Below, piece by piece: positions 23,310-32,600 of a stretch of DNA of 63,221 nucleotides; position 1 is the stretch's first letter; each line of letters starts with the position of its first letter. Made by a program: the position numbers and the translations under genes. This DNA comes from Nannocystales bacterium (GTDB lineage Bacteria; Myxococcota_A; Polyangia; Nannocystales; Nannocystaceae): positions 1-63,221 of the forward strand of contig JBOEGF010000011.1 of the NCBI GenBank assembly GCA_050633305.1, given 5' to 3'. A model generated the notes under the pieces. It did no database searches. It saw only the letters and a list, made by a program, of their open reading frames with translations, and was not told where the DNA came from.

Positions 23310-24113
23310 ATGCTGGAGTTTTCGACGGTCTCTCCGGGCGCGCTCGGTCTACGCTGGACCCGACCCCTGTACCTCGCGGGCAGGGTCTCGGCGCGGCCCA
23401 AGGTGGCCGTCATCGGGAGCCGCGCGTCACGTCGACGGTTCATGGCGTGCGTTCCCGGGGTGATCGAGTCGCTGGCCGACAGCGGCATGGCTCTGGTCTC
23501 TGGTGGGGCGGTGGGGATCGATGCGTGCGCGCACAGGGCCGCGATACAGGCGGGCCTACCCCAGATCGCGGTGCTGCCCGGGCCTCCGGACGCGTTGTAC
23601 CCTGCCGACCACATCCCGCTGTTCTTGGACATCGTGGCGGCGGGTGGGGCGGTCGTGTGTCCGCACCCGCCCGGTGCGGGTCTTCGGCGAGGGATGTTCG
23701 CCAGCCGCAACCAGCTCGTGGTGCAGCTCGCCTCCCACGTCGTCGGGGTCGAGGCGAGCGCCCGCTCAGGAACCCAAGGAACGTTGGCGCTGGCGCTTCG
23801 CACGGGTGTCCCGGTTTGTGGCGTGGTCGGGACTGCGGGCGTCGCGTGGGCGCTCGAGCGCGGCGCGAAGTCTTTGGGTCCGCCCGATGTCGAGTCCGTT
23901 CGCTCCCGGCTGAGCGCGCTGCTGCGTGGCTTCGGGGGCGTCGAGCAATGGCCGGCCCAGCTCCGAGCACTTCAGGCCATCCTCGACCGACAAGCAGCCG
24001 CAACGGTCGATGACTTTGATGACCCGCTCGCCGGTGCTGTATCGCTGATCGAAGCCGAGGCTGGAGGCTGGGTGACCGAGGCTGCACCGGGCCGCTACGT
24101 GCGGGCTCGTTGA
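23310..24113 (+). CDS. dprA: DNA-processing protein DprA (short, no N-terminal SAM domain)
   Basis: VAVIGSR, VSGGAVGID..AH, F..RN, VEA..RSGT; start uncertain (23289 or 23310). Confidence 0.85.
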   Translation: MLEFSTVSPGALGLRWTRPLYLAGRVSARPKVAVIGSRASRRRFMACVPGVIESLADSGMALVSGGAVGIDACAHRAAIQAGLPQIAVLPGPPDALYPADHIPLFLDIVAAGGAVVCPHPPGAGLRRGMFASRNQLVVQLASHVVGVEASARSGTQGTLALALRTGVPVCGVVGTAGVAWALERGAKSLGPPDVESVRSRLSALLRGFGGVEQWPAQLRALQAILDRQAAATVDDFDDPLAGAVSLIEAEAGGWVTEAAPGRYVRAR

Positions 24114-24152
24114 AACGGCGAGCGGCTGTGGGCGATGCCGTTCTCGGGGTTG

Positions 24153-26777
24153 TCAATTGCCCTGGAGCGTGCGCAGGGCGGCGCGGGCTCGCCCTGCGCG
24201 TGGGTGTTCCCCGCGGGCGATCGCATCGAGGACTTCGATCGCCTTTCGAAGCTTCGTGTCTGCCTCCGCCGTGCGAGTGCGCTGCAACGCGAGCTCGCCT
24301 TCGGCAAGAAGAAGCAGTCCCGCCTCCAATCCGGCCTCTCCAAAGCTCGCGGTGATCCGCTCCCGAGCTTCATCCAGTTGGATCTCGAGGTTGTCGGGGG
24401 GGCGACCGGCTGCGAGATGGCTCATGACCAGGTCGAGCGTCACCATGGCAACCTCGGGATGCGATGCGCCAAGGATCCGTTTGGCCGCCTCCACGGCCAC
24501 CGTTCCCCGTTCGATCGACATGCCGTACTCGCCACGGGCTCGCGCGAGTCGACCCGCCAATCTTGGCGCATCGATCCAGTAGTGATCGTTCGCGGGAGCG
24601 ACGGGTTCGAGAATCTCCGTCGCGAACGCGAGACTGGTCTGAGCCGTCTCGAGGTCTCCTCGCGCGAGGTACAGCGGGATGACCTCGAGTTCGGTGGACG
24701 CGGCGTCCGGGGAGCGAGGCGTCCCGAGCTTCAGGCTCAAGGCCCGCGCTGCTTCGATATCCTCGGCCGCCGGTTGTAGGGCTCCTTGTGCGAGATGAGC
24801 ATGCCCGCGGTTCATCCGTATCTCCGGCTCCCAGCGGTGTTCTTTCCCCTCGGTTCGTCGCAGGAGGTCTAGGGCGTCGCTATAGCGCTCGATCGCTTCG
24901 CCGTAGTGCCCGGTTGCCGTGAGCGCCAATGCGAGGTTGTTCTGGGCGAGGACGACTCGGCCCGTAAGGTCCTGGGGGGTGGTCTCCAGCGACTCCTCGA
25001 ACTCGCGCGCAGCGAGGATGTACTCCCCCTGAGCCAGTCGGGCCACGCCTTGCAGATTGTGCAGCCGAGTCCAGAACTTGGGGGTGAAGTTCTCGAGGGC
25101 AGCGTGTGCGTCGGCATACGTTTCCATCCGGTCGATGGCCGCCTCGGCGATCTGGAGTTCTTCCAGTGTTGCCTCCGCTCGACCGTCGTCCCAGTGGAGC
25201 GCGGCGAGGTCGAGACTTGCATTGATCAAGAGCTCGTCGTTGCGGCTGCGGAGTCCATCCGCCTGGGATTGGCGGAACAGAGAATGCTGGCGTTGCACAT
25301 CGGGGTCGTGGTGCGCGAGGACGCGAGCGACGATCCCGCGGGGGCTTGGGTCGGCCAGATCGGGCAACTCGGCTTCGAGCTCGTCTGTGAGTCTCGCCGC
25401 CTCCTCGCTCAACTTCGCGTTGTAGGCCGCCCACAGCCGTTTTGCGGTCCGCTGTGCCCGATCACCGCGCTTCCGCACCTCGAGGTCGGGGTGTCGCCAC
25501 GTGGTGAGGTGAGATGATTCGGGTTGAATGCACTGACTCGGATCCTCGAGCATGTCCGCGACAATCCCGCTGGCGGACTCCGGGGTTGCGGCCTGGTGGA
25601 CCAGGTCGAGCGCATCCTCGAACCGGCCGAGCGTTCGATCGAGGCAGGAGATGCGGGCCTCGCTCAACGGGCGTGAGACCTTTCCGTCGACGCGTCCTCT
25701 GCAGACGTTGAACCGCTGCTCGGCCCAGTGCTGGGAGTAGGCGCGCAAGCGCTTGGCGGCGTCCTCGTGAGCCGAGAGGTCGGGTCTCGCCTCCCACAAC
25801 GCCGCCGCGGCTTCGCCAGCGCCGACACAGGGCCCGGGTTCGCCCTCTTGGAGTCCTGACCACAGCAGCAGCCCGGCCGAGCCGCAGACACTGGCCACGA
25901 TCGCGAGCCTGCGCCACCCCCGAGGACGACGATGCGTCACTCCCTCGAGCTCGGAGATGAGCGCCTGTAGGGACGGCCAGCGTTCCGAAGGGTCGTCGGC
26001 CAATCCGCGCTGTACAGCCGCGGTAACCGCCTTGGGAGCTCCGGGAGCCGTGGCCAACGCCCGACCGAGCGCCACGCAGAACGAGTACTGGTCCGAGGCA
26101 GCCGTGACGGGCTCGCGTCGGCGCTGCTCGGGGGACATGAAGAACGGGGTGCCGACCACGCCGTCCGTCACTTCTTCGCCCATGGCGGGGGGCGCATCGT
26201 CTCTGGTCTCTTCGGACTGCGGTCGTCGGGCCAACCCGAAGTCGGCAACGAGGACTCGGCCGTCGTCCGACAGCAAGACATTGCCCGGCTTGAAGTCGCG
26301 GTGGATCACGCCGGCTTCGTGCACGGCATGCAGGCCTCGAGCCGCGTCCAGGAACACCTCCACAACCCGTTGCCACGTCGGGTCCCCATCCGCCAGCCAA
26401 GCGTCGAGGTCTCGGCCCTCGATCAACTCCATCGCGAGGTAGGGTCCGTGCTCACTCGTGCCGGCGCCGAACACCGAGACGACGTTGGGGTGGGTCAGCC
26501 GGGCGAGGGTGCGTCCTTCGTGGACGAACCGCTCTTCCGCCCGTCGATCGTTCAGGCGATCGCGACGGAGAACCTTGACCGCGATCCGGCGGTCGAGGCC
26601 GGGGTCGTAGGCCGCGAACACCGTGCCCATGCCGCCTCCGCCGACGCGCTCGAGCACCGCGTACGGGCCGACGCTCAGGGTGGGAACCGCCGCGTCGAAC
26701 AGGTTCGCGCGAACCTTGGCCAGCACCTGTTGACCGCCGAGCGAAAGCTCGTCCTGTGGGTTTTGCACGTCGGCCAT
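24153..26777 (-). CDS. Membrane Ser/Thr kinase with C-terminal TPRs
   Basis: GGGGMG, AVK, HRDFKPGN, DFGLA, GTP.FMSPE; TM helix; TPR repeats. Confidence 0.92.
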   Translation of the reverse strand: MADVQNPQDELSLGGQQVLAKVRANLFDAAVPTLSVGPYAVLERVGGGGMGTVFAAYDPGLDRRIAVKVLRRDRLNDRRAEERFVHEGRTLARLTHPNVVSVFGAGTSEHGPYLAMELIEGRDLDAWLADGDPTWQRVVEVFLDAARGLHAVHEAGVIHRDFKPGNVLLSDDGRVLVADFGLARRPQSEETRDDAPPAMGEEVTDGVVGTPFFMSPEQRRREPVTAASDQYSFCVALGRALATAPGAPKAVTAAVQRGLADDPSERWPSLQALISELEGVTHRRPRGWRRLAIVASVCGSAGLLLWSGLQEGEPGPCVGAGEAAAALWEARPDLSAHEDAAKRLRAYSQHWAEQRFNVCRGRVDGKVSRPLSEARISCLDRTLGRFEDALDLVHQAATPESASGIVADMLEDPSQCIQPESSHLTTWRHPDLEVRKRGDRAQRTAKRLWAAYNAKLSEEAARLTDELEAELPDLADPSPRGIVARVLAHHDPDVQRQHSLFRQSQADGLRSRNDELLINASLDLAALHWDDGRAEATLEELQIAEAAIDRMETYADAHAALENFTPKFWTRLHNLQGVARLAQGEYILAAREFEESLETTPQDLTGRVVLAQNNLALALTATGHYGEAIERYSDALDLLRRTEGKEHRWEPEIRMNRGHAHLAQGALQPAAEDIEAARALSLKLGTPRSPDAASTELEVIPLYLARGDLETAQTSLAFATEILEPVAPANDHYWIDAPRLAGRLARARGEYGMSIERGTVAVEAAKRILGASHPEVAMVTLDLVMSHLAAGRPPDNLEIQLDEARERITASFGEAGLEAGLLLLAEGELALQRTRTAEADTKLRKAIEVLDAIARGEHPRAGRARAALRTLQGN

Positions 26778-26798
26778 TCGGGGCTAGTGTTGGCCGGC

Positions 26799-27413
26799 GT
26801 GAACGACGGCGAGCTGATCGAGGCTTGGCGAGGCGGAGACGGCGAGGCGGGAGAGGCTCTGCTCGGCCGCCACTTTGCTGCGCTGTACCGCTTCTTCGGC
26901 AACAAGGTTCAGCATGGTGTCGAGGACCTTATCCAAGACACCATGCTCGCGCTCGTTCGCAAGCGCGATGCCTTCCGCGGGGACGGGAGCTTTCGGTCCT
27001 ACCTGTTCGCCGTGGCGCGCAATGTCCTGTACCGACGACTGCGTGACCGACGCAGGCGACCGGATCCCACGCCCCTCGAACAGGAGCCGATCATGGCGCT
27101 TGCCGAGTCGCCCAGCGAGGTCGTGGGCCGGAATCAGGCCGAAACGCTGTTACTGCGGGCGCTGCGCAGGATTCCCCTGGAGCAACAGGTCCTCGTCGAA
27201 CTTCATTATTGGGAGGAAATGACGACCGCAGAACTCGCGGTGGCCATGGAGGTTCCGGTCGGCACGGTCAAGAGCCGGCTTCGGGCTGCTCGGAAACGAC
27301 TCGAGAAGGTGATGGCCGAACTCGAGTCCGACCCGGCGTTGTTGCGCAGCACGCTCGACGACCTCGAGCGGTGGGCTGCATCGGTCCGCGACGCCTTCGT
27401 CGTGCCGCGCTGA
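26799..27413 (+). CDS. ECF sigma factor with C-terminal extension
   Basis: D.EL..AWR.GD, EDL.Q.T, SFRSYLF.VARN, GTVKSRL..AR; tail TLDDLERWA. Confidence 0.92.
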   Translation: MNDGELIEAWRGGDGEAGEALLGRHFAALYRFFGNKVQHGVEDLIQDTMLALVRKRDAFRGDGSFRSYLFAVARNVLYRRLRDRRRRPDPTPLEQEPIMALAESPSEVVGRNQAETLLLRALRRIPLEQQVLVELHYWEEMTTAELAVAMEVPVGTVKSRLRAARKRLEKVMAELESDPALLRSTLDDLERWAASVRDAFVVPR

Positions 27414-27659
27414 TCTCGATTCCACTCATCGGGCCTTTGCCGCCTGCACGCCCAGTCGAGGGCGTCGGCAACGCGCGAGAGGCACGATTCTGTCCTTTGA
27501 GGTCATGCTCGGGAACTTCGCGCTGGTTCGACCGCTGTGCCTCTCAGTCAGAACCTGACCGTGCGGTGCGATGTGCAGACATTCCACGCGCTCGCGTTTC
27601 ATCTTGGCGCTCGCCGGAACAGCACTCCGACCCGACAAGAGACCCAGGGAGAACCGCCT

Positions 27660-28367
27660 GTGCCCGAGTTTCCGCTTGATCTGTCCGCCGAGGTCCTTCG
27701 CGGGATGTTTGAGAACCTCTCCGAGGCCGTCGTCGTCGCCAACGCGGACCACCAGATCGCCTACATCAACCCCGCGGGCGAAGCCCTGTTCGGGTTCGAC
27801 AGTGCGGAACTCGTCGGTGAGCCGATGACGACGCTCCAGCCCCAACGCGCGACTGGAACCCCTGGCCAAGTCGTTCGTTCGGGCCTGATCCCGAATCGGC
27901 GCCGGGATGGGGCGGACTTCCTGGGCGAGACGATCACAAACGAACTCGGATCGTCGGGTGGCGCGGTCGAGGGGTACATCGTGGACCCCTCGGGGCAGTT
28001 GGTCCCGGGCACCAACTTCTCCCGACCCGAGGCCACGCGCCCGTTTTCGACCGCCGACCTGTCGCTCACCACCTTGATCGCTGACTGGGCCGGTCACGCG
28101 ATCTCGGCAGAGCGTGCCCGGGAGGAGCTCGAGAATCGGGCGCAGAGAGGTTCGCGGCCTGCCTGTGGACGCGCAGGGGAACCACCCGGTGGTGATGTGC
28201 GGCGCCGGCCCGCTGACGTTGGGGGCGAGTCTCGGCGTCGCCGTCCTCCGTTCCGGCGAATCTGTCGACCAGCTGATCGCACGCGCCGACTCTGCGATGT
28301 ACGAGGCGAAGGACCGCGGTCGCGGTCACGTTCGCCTCGCGTCTTGGCCGGACCGCGCGGTCGTTAG
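27660..28367 (+). pseudogene. Collapsed PAS-GAF-GGDEF diguanylate cyclase remnant
   Basis: PAS (EAVVVAN..I.Y.NPA.E.LFG, RRDG..F), GAF start and end fragments, then the GGDEF tail (SLGVA, LIARAD.AMYEAK.RGR) in another frame; no GG(D/E)EF motif. Confidence 0.7.
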
Positions 28368-29200
28368 AACGTGCCGGACAGGGCGATGCCCGTCAGGCGC
28401 GGGCCGACGGCGGGCGCAAAGGCGACGTTGCGGCGCTTCTTGGCGCGGACCGTGTTCGCGACCAGCAGCGCAACTCCGCCGACGACCAGGACACCGCCCG
28501 CGATGATCGCGACGTCGGCTCCCAGGGCGAACGACTTGGCCTTGTCGGTATCGTCGCGCTCGGCGTCGGAGCACAGCAACCCGGCCTCGGCAGCGACGCA
28601 GCCGGATTCGACCGAATCCTTGTGGCCGTTCGAGGTCACACCCAACCCGATACCGACCGCGACACCGGTGACGCCCAGACCCAGCGCGACACCGCCGGCG
28701 ATGTCGAGCGGCATGGAACGTCCGGCGGCGGTGTCGTCGTCGGTGGCATCCGTGGAGATCGCAGGCGCGCCGTCGTCAGACGACGTGTCGTCCGTTTCTT
28801 GGTCGCTGGCATCCCCCTCGCGCTCCGCGGTTTCGAGCCGAATCTCAAATCCCCGCAGCTTCGCGGCGACGGCCTCGCGGTCGTGGTCGGGCGCTTCCGC
28901 GGCGTACTTGTTGAGCGTATCGACCGCTTCTTGCAGGCGGTCCAAACGGTCGTAACAGACCGCGAGGTTGTAGAGGTAGTTTGCGTCGTCGGTGCGCTCG
29001 TACAGGTCGATGAACAGCTTGGAAGCCGATTCAAACGCGCCGGCCTGATATGCGGCATTCGCCTGTGCGTCGAGTTCGACCAAGGATTGGTCCGGCGAAC
29101 CTGCCGAAGGCTGCGTCGCAGCCATCGAAGTCGCACTTCCACTCACGACGGGAATGCTGAGGGCGAGCGCGAGGAGACGAGAGTAGCAATTCGTGGTCAT
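28364..29200 (-). CDS. Exported TPR protein with hydrophobic C-terminus
   Basis: Signal peptide, YNLAVCYDRL TPR, Gly-rich helices, terminal GIALSGTF. Confidence 0.8.
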   Translation of the reverse strand: MTTNCYSRLLALALSIPVVSGSATSMAATQPSAGSPDQSLVELDAQANAAYQAGAFESASKLFIDLYERTDDANYLYNLAVCYDRLDRLQEAVDTLNKYAAEAPDHDREAVAAKLRGFEIRLETAEREGDASDQETDDTSSDDGAPAISTDATDDDTAAGRSMPLDIAGGVALGLGVTGVAVGIGLGVTSNGHKDSVESGCVAAEAGLLCSDAERDDTDKAKSFALGADVAIIAGGVLVVGGVALLVANTVRAKKRRNVAFAPAVGPRLTGIALSGTF

Positions 29201-29265
29201 TAGAAGCGTTGTGGCGTCTGCGAGTCGGATGCGCGGTTGCACGGGTCCACCGCGTCGAGGGGAGA

Positions 29266-30474
29266 CTACTCGGTCGTGTGAATCAGCCCATCGTCGATGA
29301 GACGGGCGCGAGGCTTGCTCGTCGGCGCAGCCTGGGGTTTTGGATCTGCCTTCTTGGGTTCCGGCTTGGTCTCGGCGACCGCCGGCTCCGGGCTCTCCGC
29401 CTGCGCCGTGCCCTGGTTGCGAGTCCGAGAGCGCGACCGTCGGCCCCGCCTGCGAGGCTCGACTACGGCTGCGGCTTCGGACTTCGCGTCGGCGTTCTCG
29501 TCTTGCGAGTTGCCGGCGGACGAGCATCCTTCGGGGGTCTCGATGTCGGCCGCCAAGACTAGGGCGAGCAAGGACTCGTTCGACGTCTCCAGCTCGTCCT
29601 TTGCCGCGCGCAGAGTCGGGCAGGGCGAGTCGGCGCTCGCGGCCGAGATGATGGCCGCAGCCGCATCGACCTGCGCCTCCGGAAGCGCCTTGAGGGCAGG
29701 ATTGTCCGCGCCAAGAGTCTCTCGCACGAGTGCGAGGTTTGCACTGACCTCTTCCTGCTCCGCCGGGTCTACGACGGCCGCTACGGAGTCTGGATCCTCG
29801 GATGGTGTGCCCGGGAGGGCGACGGCCGCTTCGGCCGCCGGAGCTGCGCCCACACCCGCGGGTCGAGTCTCGGCCGATTCGTCGCCCGTGGACATCTGCC
29901 ATCCAACGAACAAGAGGCCGAGCGACACAACGACGCCGCCGAGGAGAAGGGGGAGCTTGGAGCGGCGCTCGGCTGGCTCGGGTTCCTCGAACTCGACGGG
30001 CTCGGAGACGACTGGGCGGACATCGCTGCTCGGCTCTTCGGGGGAGAGCGGAAGCGCCTGCACACCACTGGGCTCGCTCGAGCGGAGCAACACGATGCGG
30101 CGGACCAAGAGTTCGACCAGCGCATCGACACGCGTCTTGTCCAGCTCCATGACGACGAGCTCGTCATTGGGGTACCGGCTCTGGAAACGCTGGCGGAACC
30201 CGAGCGCATCGGAGGGGGCGTATCCCTTGCTGCAGAAGAGCACGCAGGCGTCTCGCTCGAGGCCGTCGAGCGAGTCCAGGATGCCCTCTGCATCCCGGTC
30301 GACCCCGGGCAGGACTTCGACTGCGATTCGTTCCTCGCGAGCGCGGTGCACCACGCTCACAAGTTCCAGGTCGTCATCCTCTGCGCAGAGGAAGACGACG
30401 TCCGCTACCCACTCGTCGGGAGACGTTGTTCCGTCTTCGCCAGAGACCAATCGAAGTGAATTTTGAGTAGACAA
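29266..30474 (-). CDS. Single-pass membrane protein with N-terminal TIR-like domain
   Basis: DVVFLCAEDD...CVLFCSKGY beta/alpha pattern, Pro/Glu linker, TM LLLGGVVVSLGLLFVGW, C-terminal DDGL. Confidence 0.6.
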   Translation of the reverse strand: MSTQNSLRLVSGEDGTTSPDEWVADVVFLCAEDDDLELVSVVHRAREERIAVEVLPGVDRDAEGILDSLDGLERDACVLFCSKGYAPSDALGFRQRFQSRYPNDELVVMELDKTRVDALVELLVRRIVLLRSSEPSGVQALPLSPEEPSSDVRPVVSEPVEFEEPEPAERRSKLPLLLGGVVVSLGLLFVGWQMSTGDESAETRPAGVGAAPAAEAAVALPGTPSEDPDSVAAVVDPAEQEEVSANLALVRETLGADNPALKALPEAQVDAAAAIISAASADSPCPTLRAAKDELETSNESLLALVLAADIETPEGCSSAGNSQDENADAKSEAAAVVEPRRRGRRSRSRTRNQGTAQAESPEPAVAETKPEPKKADPKPQAAPTSKPRARLIDDGLIHTTE

Positions 30475-30715
30475 GGTCCCCTACAGCTACTTAGCCCGAG
30501 TGGCGTTTGATCGGAAGCAAAAAAACCGGCCGTCTGGCTCCGACTGCTGGCGGGAAATGTACGCTAAAGTGTGTCCTGACGCCGCGAAACGGCCCTAGGC
30601 GCGGAGCTACGTGCGTTCTGTTCAGATGATCGGTGTGCGGTCGCGACGCGATTTAGTCGAGTGTCGGGGGTCGAACAGAGAGCACGGAAACGTTGGTCCG
30701 CCGCGGGTGAGCGGG

Positions 30716-30755
30716 TTCGAACATGTCGCTCCGTTCGAGCATGTTTCGAACATGT
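30716..30755. repeat. Three 11-bp direct repeats TTCGARCATGT in a divergent spacer
   Basis: Copies at 30716, 30734 and 30745. Confidence 0.8.
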
Positions 30756-30861
30756 CCCCTGGTGAATTGTGCGGTCAGCTGCACTGTGGCGACCGCGCAG
30801 TTTGGCCTACGAAGAGAATGGAAACCCGTGCTAGCCTGCGGGCCGGAGATCCCGAAAACGC

Positions 30862-32487
30862 ATGCGCTTCCAGGCGACGACCTTTGCTCTACTACTTTCC
30901 CTTTCCGCCGGATGCAGCCTCGGCCTGCCCGAACAGCAACCCTGTGAGTCCGACGCACAATGTGTCGACGCATTTGGGGTCGGTGCCTCCTGTCAGGCCG
31001 ACGGATTCTGCGAAGCCTCCGGCGAGGTTGTGGACGGGGTGGGAACCTTGGTGGATGGCGTGAGCGCCTCGACCATCCGCACCGTTGGCATTGCAACCCA
31101 GACCGGAACGGCAGGACCTATCGGGGTCGCCTATACGGTGGGGATTCAGGCCGCACTCGCAGCCACCACACTCGAGGAAACCGGCGGTTACGAACTACAA
31201 CACTTCGCTCGGGATGATGGGTACGTGCCAGACACGTCCGTCTCACTGATCGCCGAAGTGACCGACAATGGGGACGAGCGTAGTGACCCCTATCCGGATG
31301 GTGGTGCGGACGCGATCGATGGTCGAGAAGCGTTTGCGGTTGTCGGGTCGGTCGGGTCGCCCACCTCCGCCGCAATGCTCGAAACAATCAACGCAGTCCA
31401 GATCCCGTTTATCGGGACATACTCGGGAGCGTCTCACCTCTACAACGCTACGCCCGACCGCGTGGTGTGGCAGTTCCGGCCCGAATATGAGGACGAGTCG
31501 TATCGGCTCACGCAATACCTCGTTTCGGTTCGCGACCCCGGACGTGTTCCTGCAAAGAATGTCTTTGTGCTTTCGCAGAGTCCGGTGATGGGGACGCCCT
31601 GCGATCAATGTGAGGGCGAGAACCAGGGGACGGGCGGTCAGGCGGCAGCGGCCGCTGCCGACGACCAGACGGTCATGGATGCGTACGGGTTCTCGGGATA
31701 CCGAGGCGTTCGGCGTGCTCTGCAGGAACTCGGCGTCTCTCAAGTCGACATCCCCGTGGCGACGTACCGCGCCAACTCGACCGACCTTGGTGTTGCGGTC
31801 ACATACTTCAGTCAGTGGATTACGGGGATCGCCGAAGGAGCGCACGCCCCCGAACTCGATGCCGACGGGAATGTGCAGATCGGTGTTGTCATGATCCCGG
31901 TCGGAGCCTCCGGCGCGGAGTTTGTCCAGCGTGTGCTCGACCAAGTTGAGCAGTTGCAGCAGGGGCAGAGGCCCAGCGCCCTCACCGACGAGGAGTGGGA
32001 CAGCGTCGATGCGGATTGGAAAGAGTCGCTTAGGACGGCGGACCTGGTGTTCACTTCGATTTCCCCGGCGGGAGATGGGATTGCGAACACGCTGGGAACA
32101 AGCAACGCCGAGCGGCTCTGCGGCACCTTCCCGATCATCATCTCTCAGGTCGTTCCGTTCCCGCTGGGGAACAGTTCGGCGGCAATCGAGTTCCGCGAAG
32201 ATCTGACAGCGTTCGACCCCGCGGCACAGCCCGGGTTCGCAGCGTTCGAAGGTTGGGCGGTCGGTAAGATCTGGGCCGAGATCGTACGCCGTGCCTCGGT
32301 GGGCGGAGACATGACCGCGGACGGCATCGTGAACGTGCTGGAGACCAACTTCGACTCCGTCGACCTCGGGGTCGGGGCAATCATCAGCTACAGCCAGAAT
32401 GACCACCTCGGCTCGGAGCAGATCTTCGCGACGCGGCTCGACTCGGCCTGCGGACACGAGGACTTCTCCCTCGACGTCGGCGGTTGA
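30862..32487 (+). CDS. Lipoprotein: Cys-rich N-terminus plus type-1 periplasmic binding protein domain
   Basis: Lipobox LSAG-C, C.SD.QC, DDGY.P, GSVGSPTS, SQVVP.P, FEGW. Confidence 0.8.
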   Translation: MRFQATTFALLLSLSAGCSLGLPEQQPCESDAQCVDAFGVGASCQADGFCEASGEVVDGVGTLVDGVSASTIRTVGIATQTGTAGPIGVAYTVGIQAALAATTLEETGGYELQHFARDDGYVPDTSVSLIAEVTDNGDERSDPYPDGGADAIDGREAFAVVGSVGSPTSAAMLETINAVQIPFIGTYSGASHLYNATPDRVVWQFRPEYEDESYRLTQYLVSVRDPGRVPAKNVFVLSQSPVMGTPCDQCEGENQGTGGQAAAAAADDQTVMDAYGFSGYRGVRRALQELGVSQVDIPVATYRANSTDLGVAVTYFSQWITGIAEGAHAPELDADGNVQIGVVMIPVGASGAEFVQRVLDQVEQLQQGQRPSALTDEEWDSVDADWKESLRTADLVFTSISPAGDGIANTLGTSNAERLCGTFPIIISQVVPFPLGNSSAAIEFREDLTAFDPAAQPGFAAFEGWAVGKIWAEIVRRASVGGDMTADGIVNVLETNFDSVDLGVGAIISYSQNDHLGSEQIFATRLDSACGHEDFSLDVGG

Positions 32488-32600
32488 CGTCGAGCCCATC
32501 GGCCGCGCTCGGACGATGCGTCTGAGCCCGGTCGACCGGGCTCCGTCACGATGTGGGCGCGGGGGATGGACGGAACACCACCGCCCATGCCCGCCCGCTC

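Noticed and set aside
30716..30755. LexA/SOS box or mini-CRISPR
   Set aside because: Spacing does not fit CGAAC-N4-GTTCG; the repeats are too short, lack proper spacers, and no cas genes are present
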